Part shown: piece by piece, positions 52,746 through 64,000 of the stretch
Numbering within the stretch: the first letter of the stretch is position 1
How the letters are laid out: every line of letters begins with the position of its first letter
Assembly: GCA_951406725.2 (NCBI GenBank)
Contig: OX597820.1
Location: 27,776,001-27,840,000, forward strand
Length of the DNA: 64,000 bases
Reading direction: 5' to 3'
Origin: Octopus vulgaris
Taxonomy: Eukaryota
The notes under the pieces: generated by a model
What the model was told of the DNA's origin: nothing
What the model saw: only the letters and a program-made list of their open reading frames with translations
Database searches by the model: none
Made by a program: the position numbers and the translations under genes

Positions 52746-53062
52746 AGAATAAGGATGTGCACATTCATTTTCCATATTATAAAGTTTTCGCACATATTGA
52801 CTCGGTGAGCAAATATCGCCCTACAAACCTTGTAAAGAATCACTGAGCGCAGCGGACTACTAGACACAGCGTTTCGGCATGATTTCACCCCTCACTGGTA
52901 GCAACTCACTCTATCGTTTACAGCTAAATGGAAATGGATTGAAAATCTATGTACAAAGTATTATTTCGATTGTCACTACTTCGTGTGAAATCATACATTT
53001 CAACGTGCGGACAATCATACACGCATAGACACCCATATCTATATATGTATACAGTTATGTAT

Positions 53063-53298
53063 TATTTCTTTATTGCCCACAAGAGGCTAAATATAGACGG
53101 GACAAATAAGGACAGACAAAGGGATTAAAGTCGATTATATACGACCCCCAGTGCGTACCTGATACTTAATTTAAAGACCCGAAAGGATGAAAGGCAAAGT
53201 CGACCTCGGCGGAATTTGAACTCAGAACGTAACGACAGACGAAATACCGCTAAGCATTTCGCCCGGCGTGCTAAGGTTTCTGCCACCTCGCCGCCATA
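53063..53298 (-). mobile_element. Young full-length SINE-B with 15-bp TSD
   Basis: TATACAGTTATGTAT at 53048-53062 and 53299-53313. Confidence 0.92.
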
Positions 53299-54374
53299 TA
53301 TACAGTTATGTATATATAAATGCTGGTGTGTGTGACATAATTTCTAGAGTCCTGTCATTATGAAGAAATATGTGCGTTCGTAAGTGACAAAATTGTTTCT
53401 CTGTAAGCGAATTAAGTCTAATACTTCTGTATGCTTGTATACAATTTTACTTCACATCGAATTAATTATAAACATCAATAGACATACGATGGTTAATATT
53501 GCGAATAGATGAATGACGTTCAAGATCATCTTGTTAACATTCATAATATATGTTATGCATAGTAAATCGCTTCCATTTGCAACGTTTGTAAATCTTTCTA
53601 GAAACCCATTTAATAATACTTTAGTTTAGATTTATCAGTATACGTATATACTGAAAAGCACGCACAATAAGACGTAAAGAATTAGAGAAAAGGGATGATA
53701 ATTCGTGTTTGTGGGAGGTAAAAGAGAGAAAGAGAGGAAAAATGAAGACAGAAAGAGAAGTTTTACATAGAAAAACTGAATGACTATGCAGAAATAAATA
53801 CAAAGATTTGCAGTTAGTGTTAGCTTTACCAAATTACTTTTACTCCATTTGATAACTGCAAGGAAGTAGTGCTGAAGCTCTTTTGAAAATTGTGTCAATA
53901 CAAACCCATTAACATACATAGCTATGTATGCAGCCATGAACGTAGAAGTGTTTGAATTGTTAATTGTAACCTTCCTTAAAGCATGAAGTCTTGAGCAACA
54001 AAAGAGTAACTGGCTTTCATATATCGTTGTAAAGGAAACCGCTTTTATTTTATCTCACTGCTTTAAAAATACTGAACTAAAATGACGTCGCTAAATTAGT
54101 CATTTCATTTATGATGAATTAGGTTACGCATTCGAAAATGTACCACCTCCGTATCTAAAGACAGACAGACAGAAACACACACGCACAAACACACAAGCAA
54201 AAGCACACACACATACACACTCACTCAACACACATGTGTATAAATGTATTTGTGCTTCCGTGTATGTGTATATGAATAATTAACCGCTTTTTTACTGATG
54301 TGTGTTGTAAAGAATATCCTTGCAACGATCGCGAAGCAGGCAGTTAGGAAGCTGATTGATACAGAAATGATTAT

Positions 54375-54735
54375 GGGGATTGGGGCCAGTTAAAGCAGGG
54401 TTTGTCTACTTGTTGTGTCTGTCTCTTTTACTGAACCGATGAACAGGAGGAACGTAAACATATCACCACCAGCTGTGAAGCGGTGGCGAAGACGAAGACA
54501 GTCACAAAGACACACAGAAGCCCACACGCGCACACTCACACACACACACACACACACACATTCAAATACACACAGAAACATATAAGCACAAAGACACGCA
54601 CACACAAAAGGGCTTCTTTCAGTTTCCGCCTGCCAAATCTACTTACAAGATCTGCAGCTATTGTAAGAAAACAAAAAACACGACGCCAAGGTGACACGAA
54701 GTGGGATTGAACACGAAACCAAATGGTTGAGAAAC
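54375..54735 (-). mobile_element. Old SINE family A copy
   Basis: GGGCTTCTTTCAGTTTCCG landmark. Confidence 0.7.
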
Positions 54736-54772
54736 CATGTCTCTGTGCGGGGAGGAATACGTAGTATTTATA

Positions 54773-55160
54773 TGGATGGAAGCACTCCGTCGGTTACGAC
54801 GATGAGGGTTCCGGCTGATCCGAATCAACGGAACAGCCTGCTCGTGAAATTAACGTGTAAGTGGCTGAGCACTCCACAGACACGTGTGCCCTTAACGTAG
54901 TTCTCGGGGATATTCAGCGTGACACAGAGAGTGACAAGGCCGGCCCTTTGAAATACAGGTACAAGAGAAACAGGAAGTAAGAATGAGAGAAAGTTGTGGT
55001 GAAAGAGTACAGCAGGGAACACCACCATCCCTGCCGGAGCCTGGTGGAGCTTTAGGTGTTTTCGCTCAATAAACACTCACAACGCCCGGTCTGGGAATCG
55101 AAACCGCGATCCTATGACCGCGAGTCCGCTGCCCTAACCACTGGGCCATTGCGCCTCCAC
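54773..55160 (-). mobile_element. Young SINE, head X plus tail 2, with 11-bp TSD
   Basis: A box TGGCCCAGTGG, B box GGTTTCGATTCC; TAGTATTTATA at 54762-54772 and 55161-55171. Confidence 0.92.
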
Positions 55161-56257
55161 TAGTATTTATACATGCAAGCGGTGATTATACGTGACTTTA
55201 TTTTTAACCACTGAAAATATTTAGTTATAAGTACGAGAAAATGACTATGATATCTATTTCTTCTGCTAAGCAAGTGTTAGTATTCACATTAGTTTCCAGA
55301 CAATTCACTTCACACCAAACTATAAACTTGAACACTTCTAAAATGCTTGACATCGGTAGGTGATGAATGACATTCATAGATCACCTTATGTACCAGAGTA
55401 ATACGGGTTATACATAATAAATCTCTCATGCTTGTAAAATTCCTGACTCATTCTTCAAATTCATTTAATCATAATTTAGCAATGTGTCAACATTCTGAAA
55501 ATTACTTTAAACTGCTAGTTTAAAATTCAGATGAGGCTGTCGACTACGGAAATTGTATGTGCCAAAGTTCAACCTTAGCGCTCTTGTCAACTTCTCACAT
55601 TTCTATAACTCAAGAGATTGTTCATATCAGACGTAACTAAAATTATTTATTATTGAAAACTCTTACATAATATAACAGTATTATTTGCCAGTTTATATTC
55701 TCTTATTCTTTTACTAGTCACCGCCATTATACTTCAGCTATGCTTAGGCACGACCTTAAAAGGTTTTCGTCTATCAAATTAACCTCAGTAGATATTTTAA
55801 GCCTGTTAGTAATTTTACCAAACTCTATTTATAGGAAAGGCCACGTTACCGCTTTGACATAGAATGACGTAACATGACACGGTATTTTCTTGCCAGTTAA
55901 CATAAAACGCACACATGGACATTCATACACACTCATATGTAAAGAGAAATATATATATATAGAGAGAGAAAGAAAATGAGATGAAAATTGCGAGAAGATA
56001 GAGCGGGACAGCGTGAGAGAGTGAGATAAGAATAGAAAGTGAAAGTAGATAGCGGGGAAGATGAGACAGTAACATGAGACAGTTAAAATGATTTGCAACC
56101 AGCGATAACATATTACATATATTTTATGTAAGAACTATAAGGAAACTGTATTCAAATACTTTAAAGTTTGAGGAGTGTAAATTACATTAAAAAAGATATT
56201 GGTATATTTATAGTGGCCGGTGTAGAAAAGGTTAAATCATCATAATGTTCTTTCTTT

Positions 56258-56297
<40 letters not shown>

Positions 56298-57590
56298 CAG
56301 AATGAGGTAATAAAGCCAAAGCTGTGAGGAGATTTTAGGACATTTATAATGAAATAGTCTTAGAGCTCTTTCTGGGATATTATAGATATCCATTCAGCAG
56401 AGACGGTGTGAAGTAATATTTGAGTTCGAATTATTATGGAAAAGAAGGAGATAGGGAATAGAGAGGGAAATAAGTGAAAGAAAGTAGAAATAAGATATAT
56501 AAAGATATTGTAGTTGCAGTTCGATTATTCGAGGAAAATAGTGTATAGAAGTGGTAAAAAAGTTTCCTGTACATGGTATGCAAGCTACAAAGCAGTTCAT
56601 GTTTATTCATTTTAAAGTATGGAGCCGTGGAATCAGTGTTGCTCGTTCGAAAGCGGTTTTTTGGTGTAAATTAACATTTGAGAATGTATTTGTAGTATAT
56701 ATGGATAGATGGGGGGGGGGGAAATGTATGATTAGAAAGAGGATATAGGTCAAATTTAAAACAGGAAGAGAAAATGAGAGGAAAAAAGAGAGCAAAAGGA
56801 AATAGAAAAATGGAGAGAGAAAAACAACAAAAATGAAAATAGTGAAAAAAGGGAAAAAGAAGAAAGGGTGAAAGAAGTGAAAATAGGAGTGTTAATTGGT
56901 GGCCAAGATAATGTGATGGGAGGATGGGAGAGGTGTGGGGATGGAGAGGAAGGGATGAGAAGGTAAGGAGTAAAAGAATGTGTGATATGTGAATACAGGT
57001 GATATGAAAGAGCTGCATTAAGAGATGGGTAGAGAAAAGTTAGAGATGTATGGGTGGGGTGCTAACGGAGTAGTAGTTTTGGTATTAAAATTTGACGTGG
57101 AAGGAAGCGTACAAGAATGTCAAATTACTATAAATAGACGTATGTGATAGGTTCGTGATAGGTAGGAATCAAAGAGGGGGAAGGAAGGTATAAGGGCATA
57201 CGTACGCATGCACACACAAGCATGCGCCCAGCTGCACACGCATTTACAGTCACACGCATGCGAGCATACAGGTACTTACGTATACATATATACATATATA
57301 CACATTTATTCATACATATTTGTATATATACATGCACGTACACATACATACACAGACACGAACGTATATATATATATATATGTATGTATGTATGTATGTA
57401 TTTATGTATGTATATTACATACATATACCCATATATAAATACATACATAAAATTTACTTCTACACACATTCACACTCACACAAATATGTATCCGCCATAT
57501 ATACATGTCCATATATACAGTATTAAATGATTATGATCCTTATAGTAAGATAGGGGGTTAATATTAAACATTGAAATGTAGATAAATAGG

Positions 57591-58352
57591 TACATTATTT
57601 ACAATATTTTCATTCGACGGATATGTGACCTCATCTTTTTTGTTGTTAACGCCCTCCAGCCTTCTTGAGGTTGATTGGGGAAATTTTGAAGCTGGGTTCT
57701 CATTGCTAAGAACTTGGAATCTTGGGATTAGTAGCCCGCGCTCTTAACCACTAAACCATATGCCCGCGTGCAATTATGGAGTGAATTCTAGGGCTTATAA
57801 ATCTAATATTTTTATATCCTTCTTTAATACCGGTTCCCATATGCTGCTCATATCTGCACTCGGTCTGCTTAGGAGGTAGTTGTGCCCTAGCATATGTTAT
57901 GCTTCTTTTAGCTTTCGTATTTTCCAGTGGTGTTCTCTATTATTTTAACTTCATTCCACAAGGTGAGGTGGTCTCCATTTTTCCATACATGATCAGCTAT
58001 AACTGATTTACCTCCTCGTGTCACAGCTTTGCGATGTTCGTCTACCCTTATTTTGAGGGGGCGGCATGTTTCGCCTTCGTATAACCTACCACAGCTACAT
58101 GGGATGGAGTACACGCAGTATTTTGTCATATTCTCTTCTATTGGTGGTTTTACTCGAAGGGGATATTTTCGAAGTGCTTTATTACTCTTGAATACCGTCC
58201 TGATATCATATGTGCCACATGTCGTTTGAATCTTTTCGGAGAGGCCTTTCACGTGGCGTAGACAGACTGTGGACAGTTTATTGGCCTCGTCCTCTTTCTT
58301 CTTCAGAATTTGAGTGGATAGTATACTTTTGGGGTAGTTGTTGCTTAATAGA
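57591..58352 (-). mobile_element. Penelope-like element 3' end: GIY-YIG endonuclease plus terminal region with tRNA-like segment
   Basis: NNYPK, CVYSIPCSCGRLYEGETCRPLKIRVDEH, IADHVW; tRNA-like segment at 57705-57765 and tail homologous to 10111-10354. Confidence 0.88.
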
Positions 58353-58623
58353 AGCTGAGAGCAAATGACAAGTCGTCAGGGAAATGTAAAACAAAATAGT
58401 TTCTACATTGCTGGAGTAGATAGCGTTGCACTATCTCGTTGACAGGGGCTACGTTGACTACAGCCATAATTAACTGATCCTCCTGTATTTTCTTTTACTC
58501 AAAGCCCGGAAATTCCCAGTAGCCTCTCGTATATATATATATATATAATGGTTGTATACTGTCAATCTAACAAGAACGTGACAGTAGGACTTCGTCAAAC
58601 TCTGCATAAGGAGTAGACAACCA

Positions 58624-58714
<91 letters not shown>

Positions 58715-58716
<2 letters not shown>

Positions 58717-58865
58717 TTTGTTTCAGTTTCCATATATAACGCCGACGCACAAGGCTTTGGTCGGCTCGAGGTCATTGTAGAAGACATGTGCCCAAGATGT
58801 CACGCAGTGGGACGGAATACAGAACCATGTGGTTGGTAAGCAAGCTTCTTCCCACGCAGTCACAA
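58715..58865 (-). mobile_element. SINE family A 5' half
   Basis: Reverse-complement homologue of the family A head. Confidence 0.8.
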
Positions 58866-59276
58866 CTAGAGAATTGCTAAAGAAGATAACTACGTAATAA
58901 TGGCAGCAATAATCATAAAGCTGAAAATGTGAAAAGAATCACGTAGACTCAACACATAAAGAGAAACAAACACCTGACTAATGACGACATGCTTACGACA
59001 ATACCTGCTAACTATAAAGAAAGAGCGACACATCCCAGCAGCGCTTCTTCTTCGTGTTAAGCCTATGGAGGATTAGAAACATTGATAAGGAATTAATGAT
59101 CTTAACCAAACAGCTCGAAGCTAATACAAATGTAAGAAAAACAAATCTTCATGCAAAAAATGAGCTTATCACAGAGTTGTGTAACACGCACATACGCACA
59201 CATCACACATAAACACACATATATAGGTATACATATATGTGTGTGTGCGTATATATATATATATATACATATATTT

Positions 59277-59340
<64 letters not shown>

Positions 59341-59369
59341 TATACATAATATATGATTTTATATATATA

Positions 59370-59599
59370 CAGGGTTGGGCCAAAGTCAGCTGACAGTAAT
59401 TCAAAACCATTTAACTCTAAGATTTATTTATGTTTAACAAGTGAATCTGATAAAAGCATCTAAATATGAAACATCAAGAAAATTGTTCAAACTGATGTCC
59501 TTCTTGAGCGACATCTTTTTCGATTCGAGTCAATACAGAATTGCCGATAGAATTTATGGAATTTTTGATTTACAGTCTGGTGACCTTTGGCCAACCCTA
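59370..59599. mobile_element. Tc1/mariner-type MITE
   Basis: About 30-bp imperfect TIRs CAGGGTTGGGCCAAAGTCAGCTGACAGTAA / TTACAGTCTGGTGACCTTTGGCCAACCCTA in TA context. Confidence 0.75.
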
Positions 59600-61769
59600 T
59601 ATGTAAGTATATATATATATATAATTTAAATAATCAGGAAACGAGGAAAACCTATGATCAACTAACAAACAAATTGTACCACATCGGTAGATTATTTTTT
59701 AATACAATACATGGTATAACAATTCTATATCTTACCGCCTTTTCCACTTCCAATCTTAGTCGGTGCTTGTGAAAGAATTTCGAAAATAACATTCGTCATC
59801 TTCATAGCACATTCAATCTAGTTCATGGATATTCATCAGAGTGAAAACAAATGTGTAAAATAAAACAAACGAAGGGAAGAGGGAATAGGAAAGACCAGGG
59901 CCTCGAGAAGAAGCCAGAGACCTCAATATATTAAAATAATACCATCTTGCAGCGTGGAGCTTTGAAGTCGATAAGCATAAGAGTGAACTAGCTTTGGTTT
60001 AGAGAAATATTTACGGGTTATTTCCATATAAAGGGGGAAACCATGGTGTTTGAGTTCAAGTGAAATAAAGTTAGCACTAAAATACGAAAGGAATTACGAA
60101 TGTATCTAGAAAAAGTATAGTACTTTTGATATCGTAAATAGGGATACTAAATATTTATCCAAAAGCAAAACCGTAGGATTCTTATTATGGTGTACTTCTG
60201 AAATATTGTAGAAACCACCACCTGTTGTCCGCAATGGAATTGATCAAAGTCTATCCATCGCTATAATTGGTCAATTATATTTGGACCAAGGGCAAAAGTT
60301 AAGACCGTTACAAAGGAGAAGTAAATAAAGAAGGAACCGAACAAGTAAATAAAGGGTGCGGGTGAGAAACCTGGTATAAGTTTCACGAGGCTTCTTATGG
60401 CCTTCTGCAACTTTTCGACATAACATAAATAAGAATAAAATAAAGAGACATATGAAATACTGTCAGTCCCAACTACCAGAATTATTTTAATAGTTAAAGG
60501 GAGATAACTAGTACAAGAAGTACATACGAGTAGTATTAGCTACAAAAAATAATTCTGAATCTTACATGCTGGATAGCCAGTAAAATTCCAAGTTGTAATA
60601 ATAATGGATGAACAATTTAATGTATAACACGTACTTAAGAAAAATGATAGAAGGCATAGTTTAACCCCAATGTTAAGATCCCCAGTAACTAATTTTAATT
60701 TAAAATTTTAATTGTAATTTTTATTTTATTTATTTTGCTTTATTTTGATTTTCCTGTACCTCTTATACCGTGGTGGATCTTGTTGGCTCTTGTAATCTTG
60801 TAATGGTCTACTGCCACTTAAAGCAGTTCCTACCACCTCCACTGTAGAATTTAATTTAATGAACTCAATGGCATTTTTCCCACTATATGAGCATAGTGTG
60901 CCTGCATACCCATGCCCAGGGATAGCACAGGTAATTGATACCGATAGTAAATACGGATACTTGTGTCCCTTAGTCGGTTACTACAACCGCTAACTCTACT
61001 TATCTTTGGTATAGATATATACACATACACAGACATACACACACACAATATATATATACATATATATATTATATATATCATATATGTGCTGCATATTTAT
61101 TTATACTTAGGTATATGCTTATATATATACACATGTACATATATGTGTATTAGGCGGAAAGACCTAGATGCCCAGCAACGGAGTCTTGTTTCTGCCTTTT
61201 TTCTTTTCCAGGTTATTTCGCATGCTTTCAACGAATGTGACACGCGTAAACGACTCCTTTCCCCCAGAAAAGGAGCCGTTTACGCGTGATTTCCCCCAGA
61301 AAAGGATAAGTCTGGTTGCTATTTGTTGTACTTATATCTCTTACTTATATCTCTATACTGTGATGTGTCAGTTTACATTTAACAATGCTACTACTAAGAT
61401 GCATATGATATTCTATAACCAGGTTCTGCATGAACATATATACCATTACGTCATGGTAAACAGACCCATTCTGTAGCTAATTCCTCTTTACCTAAACAAC
61501 TGCATACATCTAGCAATTATTTTGAGATTATATAATTTAAGTAAACAAGAATTTAAACATACTGGTGATTATAATGAAACACCATAGTTATATTTTTGAA
61601 TAAATAACGAATTTTTACAACTAAATGACAAAACACAAATTATAGTGAATTACATAATTTAGGTAAACAATAATATAATCATACCAGTAAATATAGCAAA
61701 AAAAAAAAGCTATATTATTTTTTTGAATGAAAAAAATATTGATATATAACATTAAATATCACATATTCG

Positions 61770-61974
61770 AGATGGACTTGAGCGAACGATCATAACTGGC
61801 AGACGTAAAAGAGGCAGACCGACCACTTCTTGACTGAAAGACATCGCAGCCACAGGATTGTCTTTATTTTCAGCTGTCCATGGGGTAGAGGACAGGAGAA
61901 GGTGGCAAGACATCGTGATGACCACAGCATCGCATAGTGCAACACCTGACTAGGATGATGATGATGATGATGAT
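61770..61974 (+). mobile_element. RTE-clade LINE 3' end
   Basis: LERTIITGRRKRGRPTTS*LKDI...EDRRRWQDIV followed by a (GAT)n tail. Confidence 0.8.
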
Positions 61975-62689
61975 TATTTCTAAATTTCAGAAGAGAATCT
62001 CTAAACCTATAGTATCATGCTGGAATAACTTCAGAGTATTTGTGCCTGATATTATCATTGAATAATATCATTTCTAGAGTTTTTCACACAAAAGTTACAT
62101 ACTTCTGAATAAGGGTTATATTGTTATGAATTTCATATCACATTCCAGAATGATAGATATATGCGTGCGTACGTATGCAATTTAATTTCCAACGTCCGGT
62201 CAGCGCGCAGATATTTGTGTGATCAGGAATAGTTTGTCTGCTGTCTAAGATTGCATAATAGTTACATTATCTCTCATACAAGTCATTTTCACATGAAAAT
62301 ATCTAATAACTTCTAAAGCTCTAAAATTATCTACATCATAAATACTTAAATGACATTCGAGCTCACCTTATATACCGAGTTGTTATGGGTTATATAAATA
62401 GTAAATCTAACAGAACATTACTGAACGTTTGTGTAAATTCATTTAATGACAATTTAGTGATGTGTCAACATTTTCAAAATTGCTCAAACTACTTGGCTTC
62501 TTAAAAATATAAGTGAGGTTGTAGACTAGTGAAATTCAACATAGCAAAGTTCAGATCTAACGCTCACATTTCAAATGACGATATATTGGTTGAAATATTT
62601 TAAAGCAATAATACTATAAAAGGAAAGTAATTTGAAACTGAAACTACTTAAGCGCAGTTATTGCTAAATAATAAAGAAGTTTGCTTTGA

Positions 62690-63063
62690 AGTACGATGGT
62701 TTCGGATGTAGTCCCACTACGCAGTATTCAGACCAAATGACTTCTATAGCACAACGCTTCGTGTATGGATTTGTGAAATGAAGACCATGCGGAAATCAAT
62801 GAAACACATACACATATTCTGTGTGTGTGTGTGTGATTGAGTGAGTGAGAGAGAGAGAGAGAGTGTGTGTGCGTGTGTGTGCGTGTGTGCACGCGCGAAT
62901 CCCTTGCTAAACAATATTCGTTTATGTATGTGTAAATTAACAGTTCAGCAAAAGAAATCACTAGAATAATTAACAAACTTTTAAAAATAAGTATTGCGGT
63001 CGATTTCGTCGATTAAATCCTTCAATGCAGGGGTACCGAATAGCTGCCCTCCAATGACTGAAG
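62690..63063 (+). mobile_element. Very old SINE family A copy
   Basis: AGTCCCACTACG, TGGATTTG, AATAAGTA...GGTCGATTT, CAATGACTGAA landmarks. Confidence 0.55.
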
Positions 63064-63065
63064 TA

Positions 63066-63575
63066 CCGTGAATCCTCGAGTATAATCCGCATTTTCCCCC
63101 CAAATTTAAAGGTCAAAATCCCTAGTGCGTACTATATACGAGGTTAAAAATGAAAAATATTTTCTAATCAATGTCCGAGTCTCTAGTTGCTGCCCGGCAA
63201 TGTTTATTCAGACGTATTTTGTGATGTCGGGCAAAAAATACATTAAGCTAAGTCTGAAAGCAATGAAGTCATAAAAGAATTATCCATAACTTGCAGTAAG
63301 CAACATTTATTAAACGTTATTACTGTTATTTCTTTATCTTCTTCAAACAAAATGCAGAAAAAAGCTACACGTTGGAATTATGTTATATGTATAATAATAA
63401 TAAAGAACGTTACCGCATATATTTTTACAAACCAAGAACGTTATATAGACCCCCTTGACTCAAGTTAGAAAAGGGGTGCGTATTATACACAAGGTTTAGG
63501 TTTTTCAGAGGTACAGCCCCGTAAAAATCCAATGCGTATTATACTCAAGGGCAGACTATACTCGAGGATTTATGG
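63066..63575. mobile_element. Non-autonomous Tc2/pogo-like MITE
   Basis: TA|CCGTGAATCCTCGAGTATAATCCGC ... GCAGACTATACTCGAGGATTTATGG|TA; subterminal TGCGTA(T/C)TATA repeats. Confidence 0.82.
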
Positions 63576-63744
63576 TAAATAACAGAAAAAAAAGTAATAA
63601 AAGTCTTTCGTATTTACCGAGTTATATTCCCATATTATTAATTGCAGTCGTTATGTTTCAACCGGGCTGGGGCACTAGTATGTAGGGTTGGAGCCGATAA
63701 TATTCTCTTTAATTTTGCCATCAAGCCAGCAACTTTGATGGATG

Positions 63745-63850
63745 GAGGTAAGGATGAAAGGCAAAGTCGACCTCGGCAGTATTTGAACTCAGAACGTAAA
63801 CTCTGAAAAAATATCGGTAAGCAATTTGTTTGGTATTTTGCCAATTGTAG
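63745..63850 (-). mobile_element. SINE-B fragment
   Basis: GGATGAAAGGCAAAGTCGACCTCGGC. Confidence 0.75.
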
Positions 63851-63874
63851 TCAAGAATATCAACCTTCGTACTT

Positions 63875-64000
63875 GGCGCATGGTTCAGGGGTTAGAGTAT
63901 CGGGCTAACAATCATGAGGACATGAGAATGATTCCTGGACAGGGCTGTGTTATGTGTTCTTGAGCAACACTATTTCCCTTTGCTCCAGTTCGCTCAGCTG
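63875..64000 (+). mobile_element. Head-Y SINE running off the window end
   Basis: GGCGCATGGTTCAGGGGTTAGAG...TTGAGCAACACT...TGCTCCAGTTCGCTCAGCTG. Confidence 0.7.

Noticed and set aside
53635-53937. 100-aa hydrophobic minus-strand ORF
   Set aside because: Hydrophobicity follows from T-rich composition; no recognisable domain
59763-59812. Hammerhead-like motif on the minus strand (also 60375-60415)
   Set aside because: Core nucleotides and helices too degenerate to call without a family consensus

Overview
AT-rich eukaryotic DNA packed with microsatellites and transposable elements, with one 100-N gap at 33029-33128. The repeat families suggest a coleoid cephalopod, probably Octopus (inference). 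I recognise no host protein-coding exon, rRNA, genuine tRNA or CRISPR array; almost all supplied ORFs are microsatellite translations or TE fragments. DNA transposons: a TIR-to-TIR Chapaev3-type element with a decayed transposase (18207-20377, 3-bp TSD), three copies of a mellifera-type mariner deletion derivative, other mariner, maT and Tc2-like remnants and MITEs, and a non-autonomous Helitron. Retroelements: CR1, RTE, R4/Dong and Penelope-like (PLE) fragments, plus dozens of tRNA-derived SINEs. Family names A, B, heads X/Y and tails 1-3 are my own labels. Most interesting: (1) PLE terminal repeats carrying minimal hammerhead ribozymes, including an intact core at 51140-51175 and a tRNA-headed, hammerhead-bearing unit found both free-standing and as the 3' end of a PLE; (2) combinatorial head/tail shuffling among SINEs; (3) a shared microhomology deletion in the mariner copies; (4) a resolvable nested insertion series. 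Boundaries of degenerate copies are approximate.
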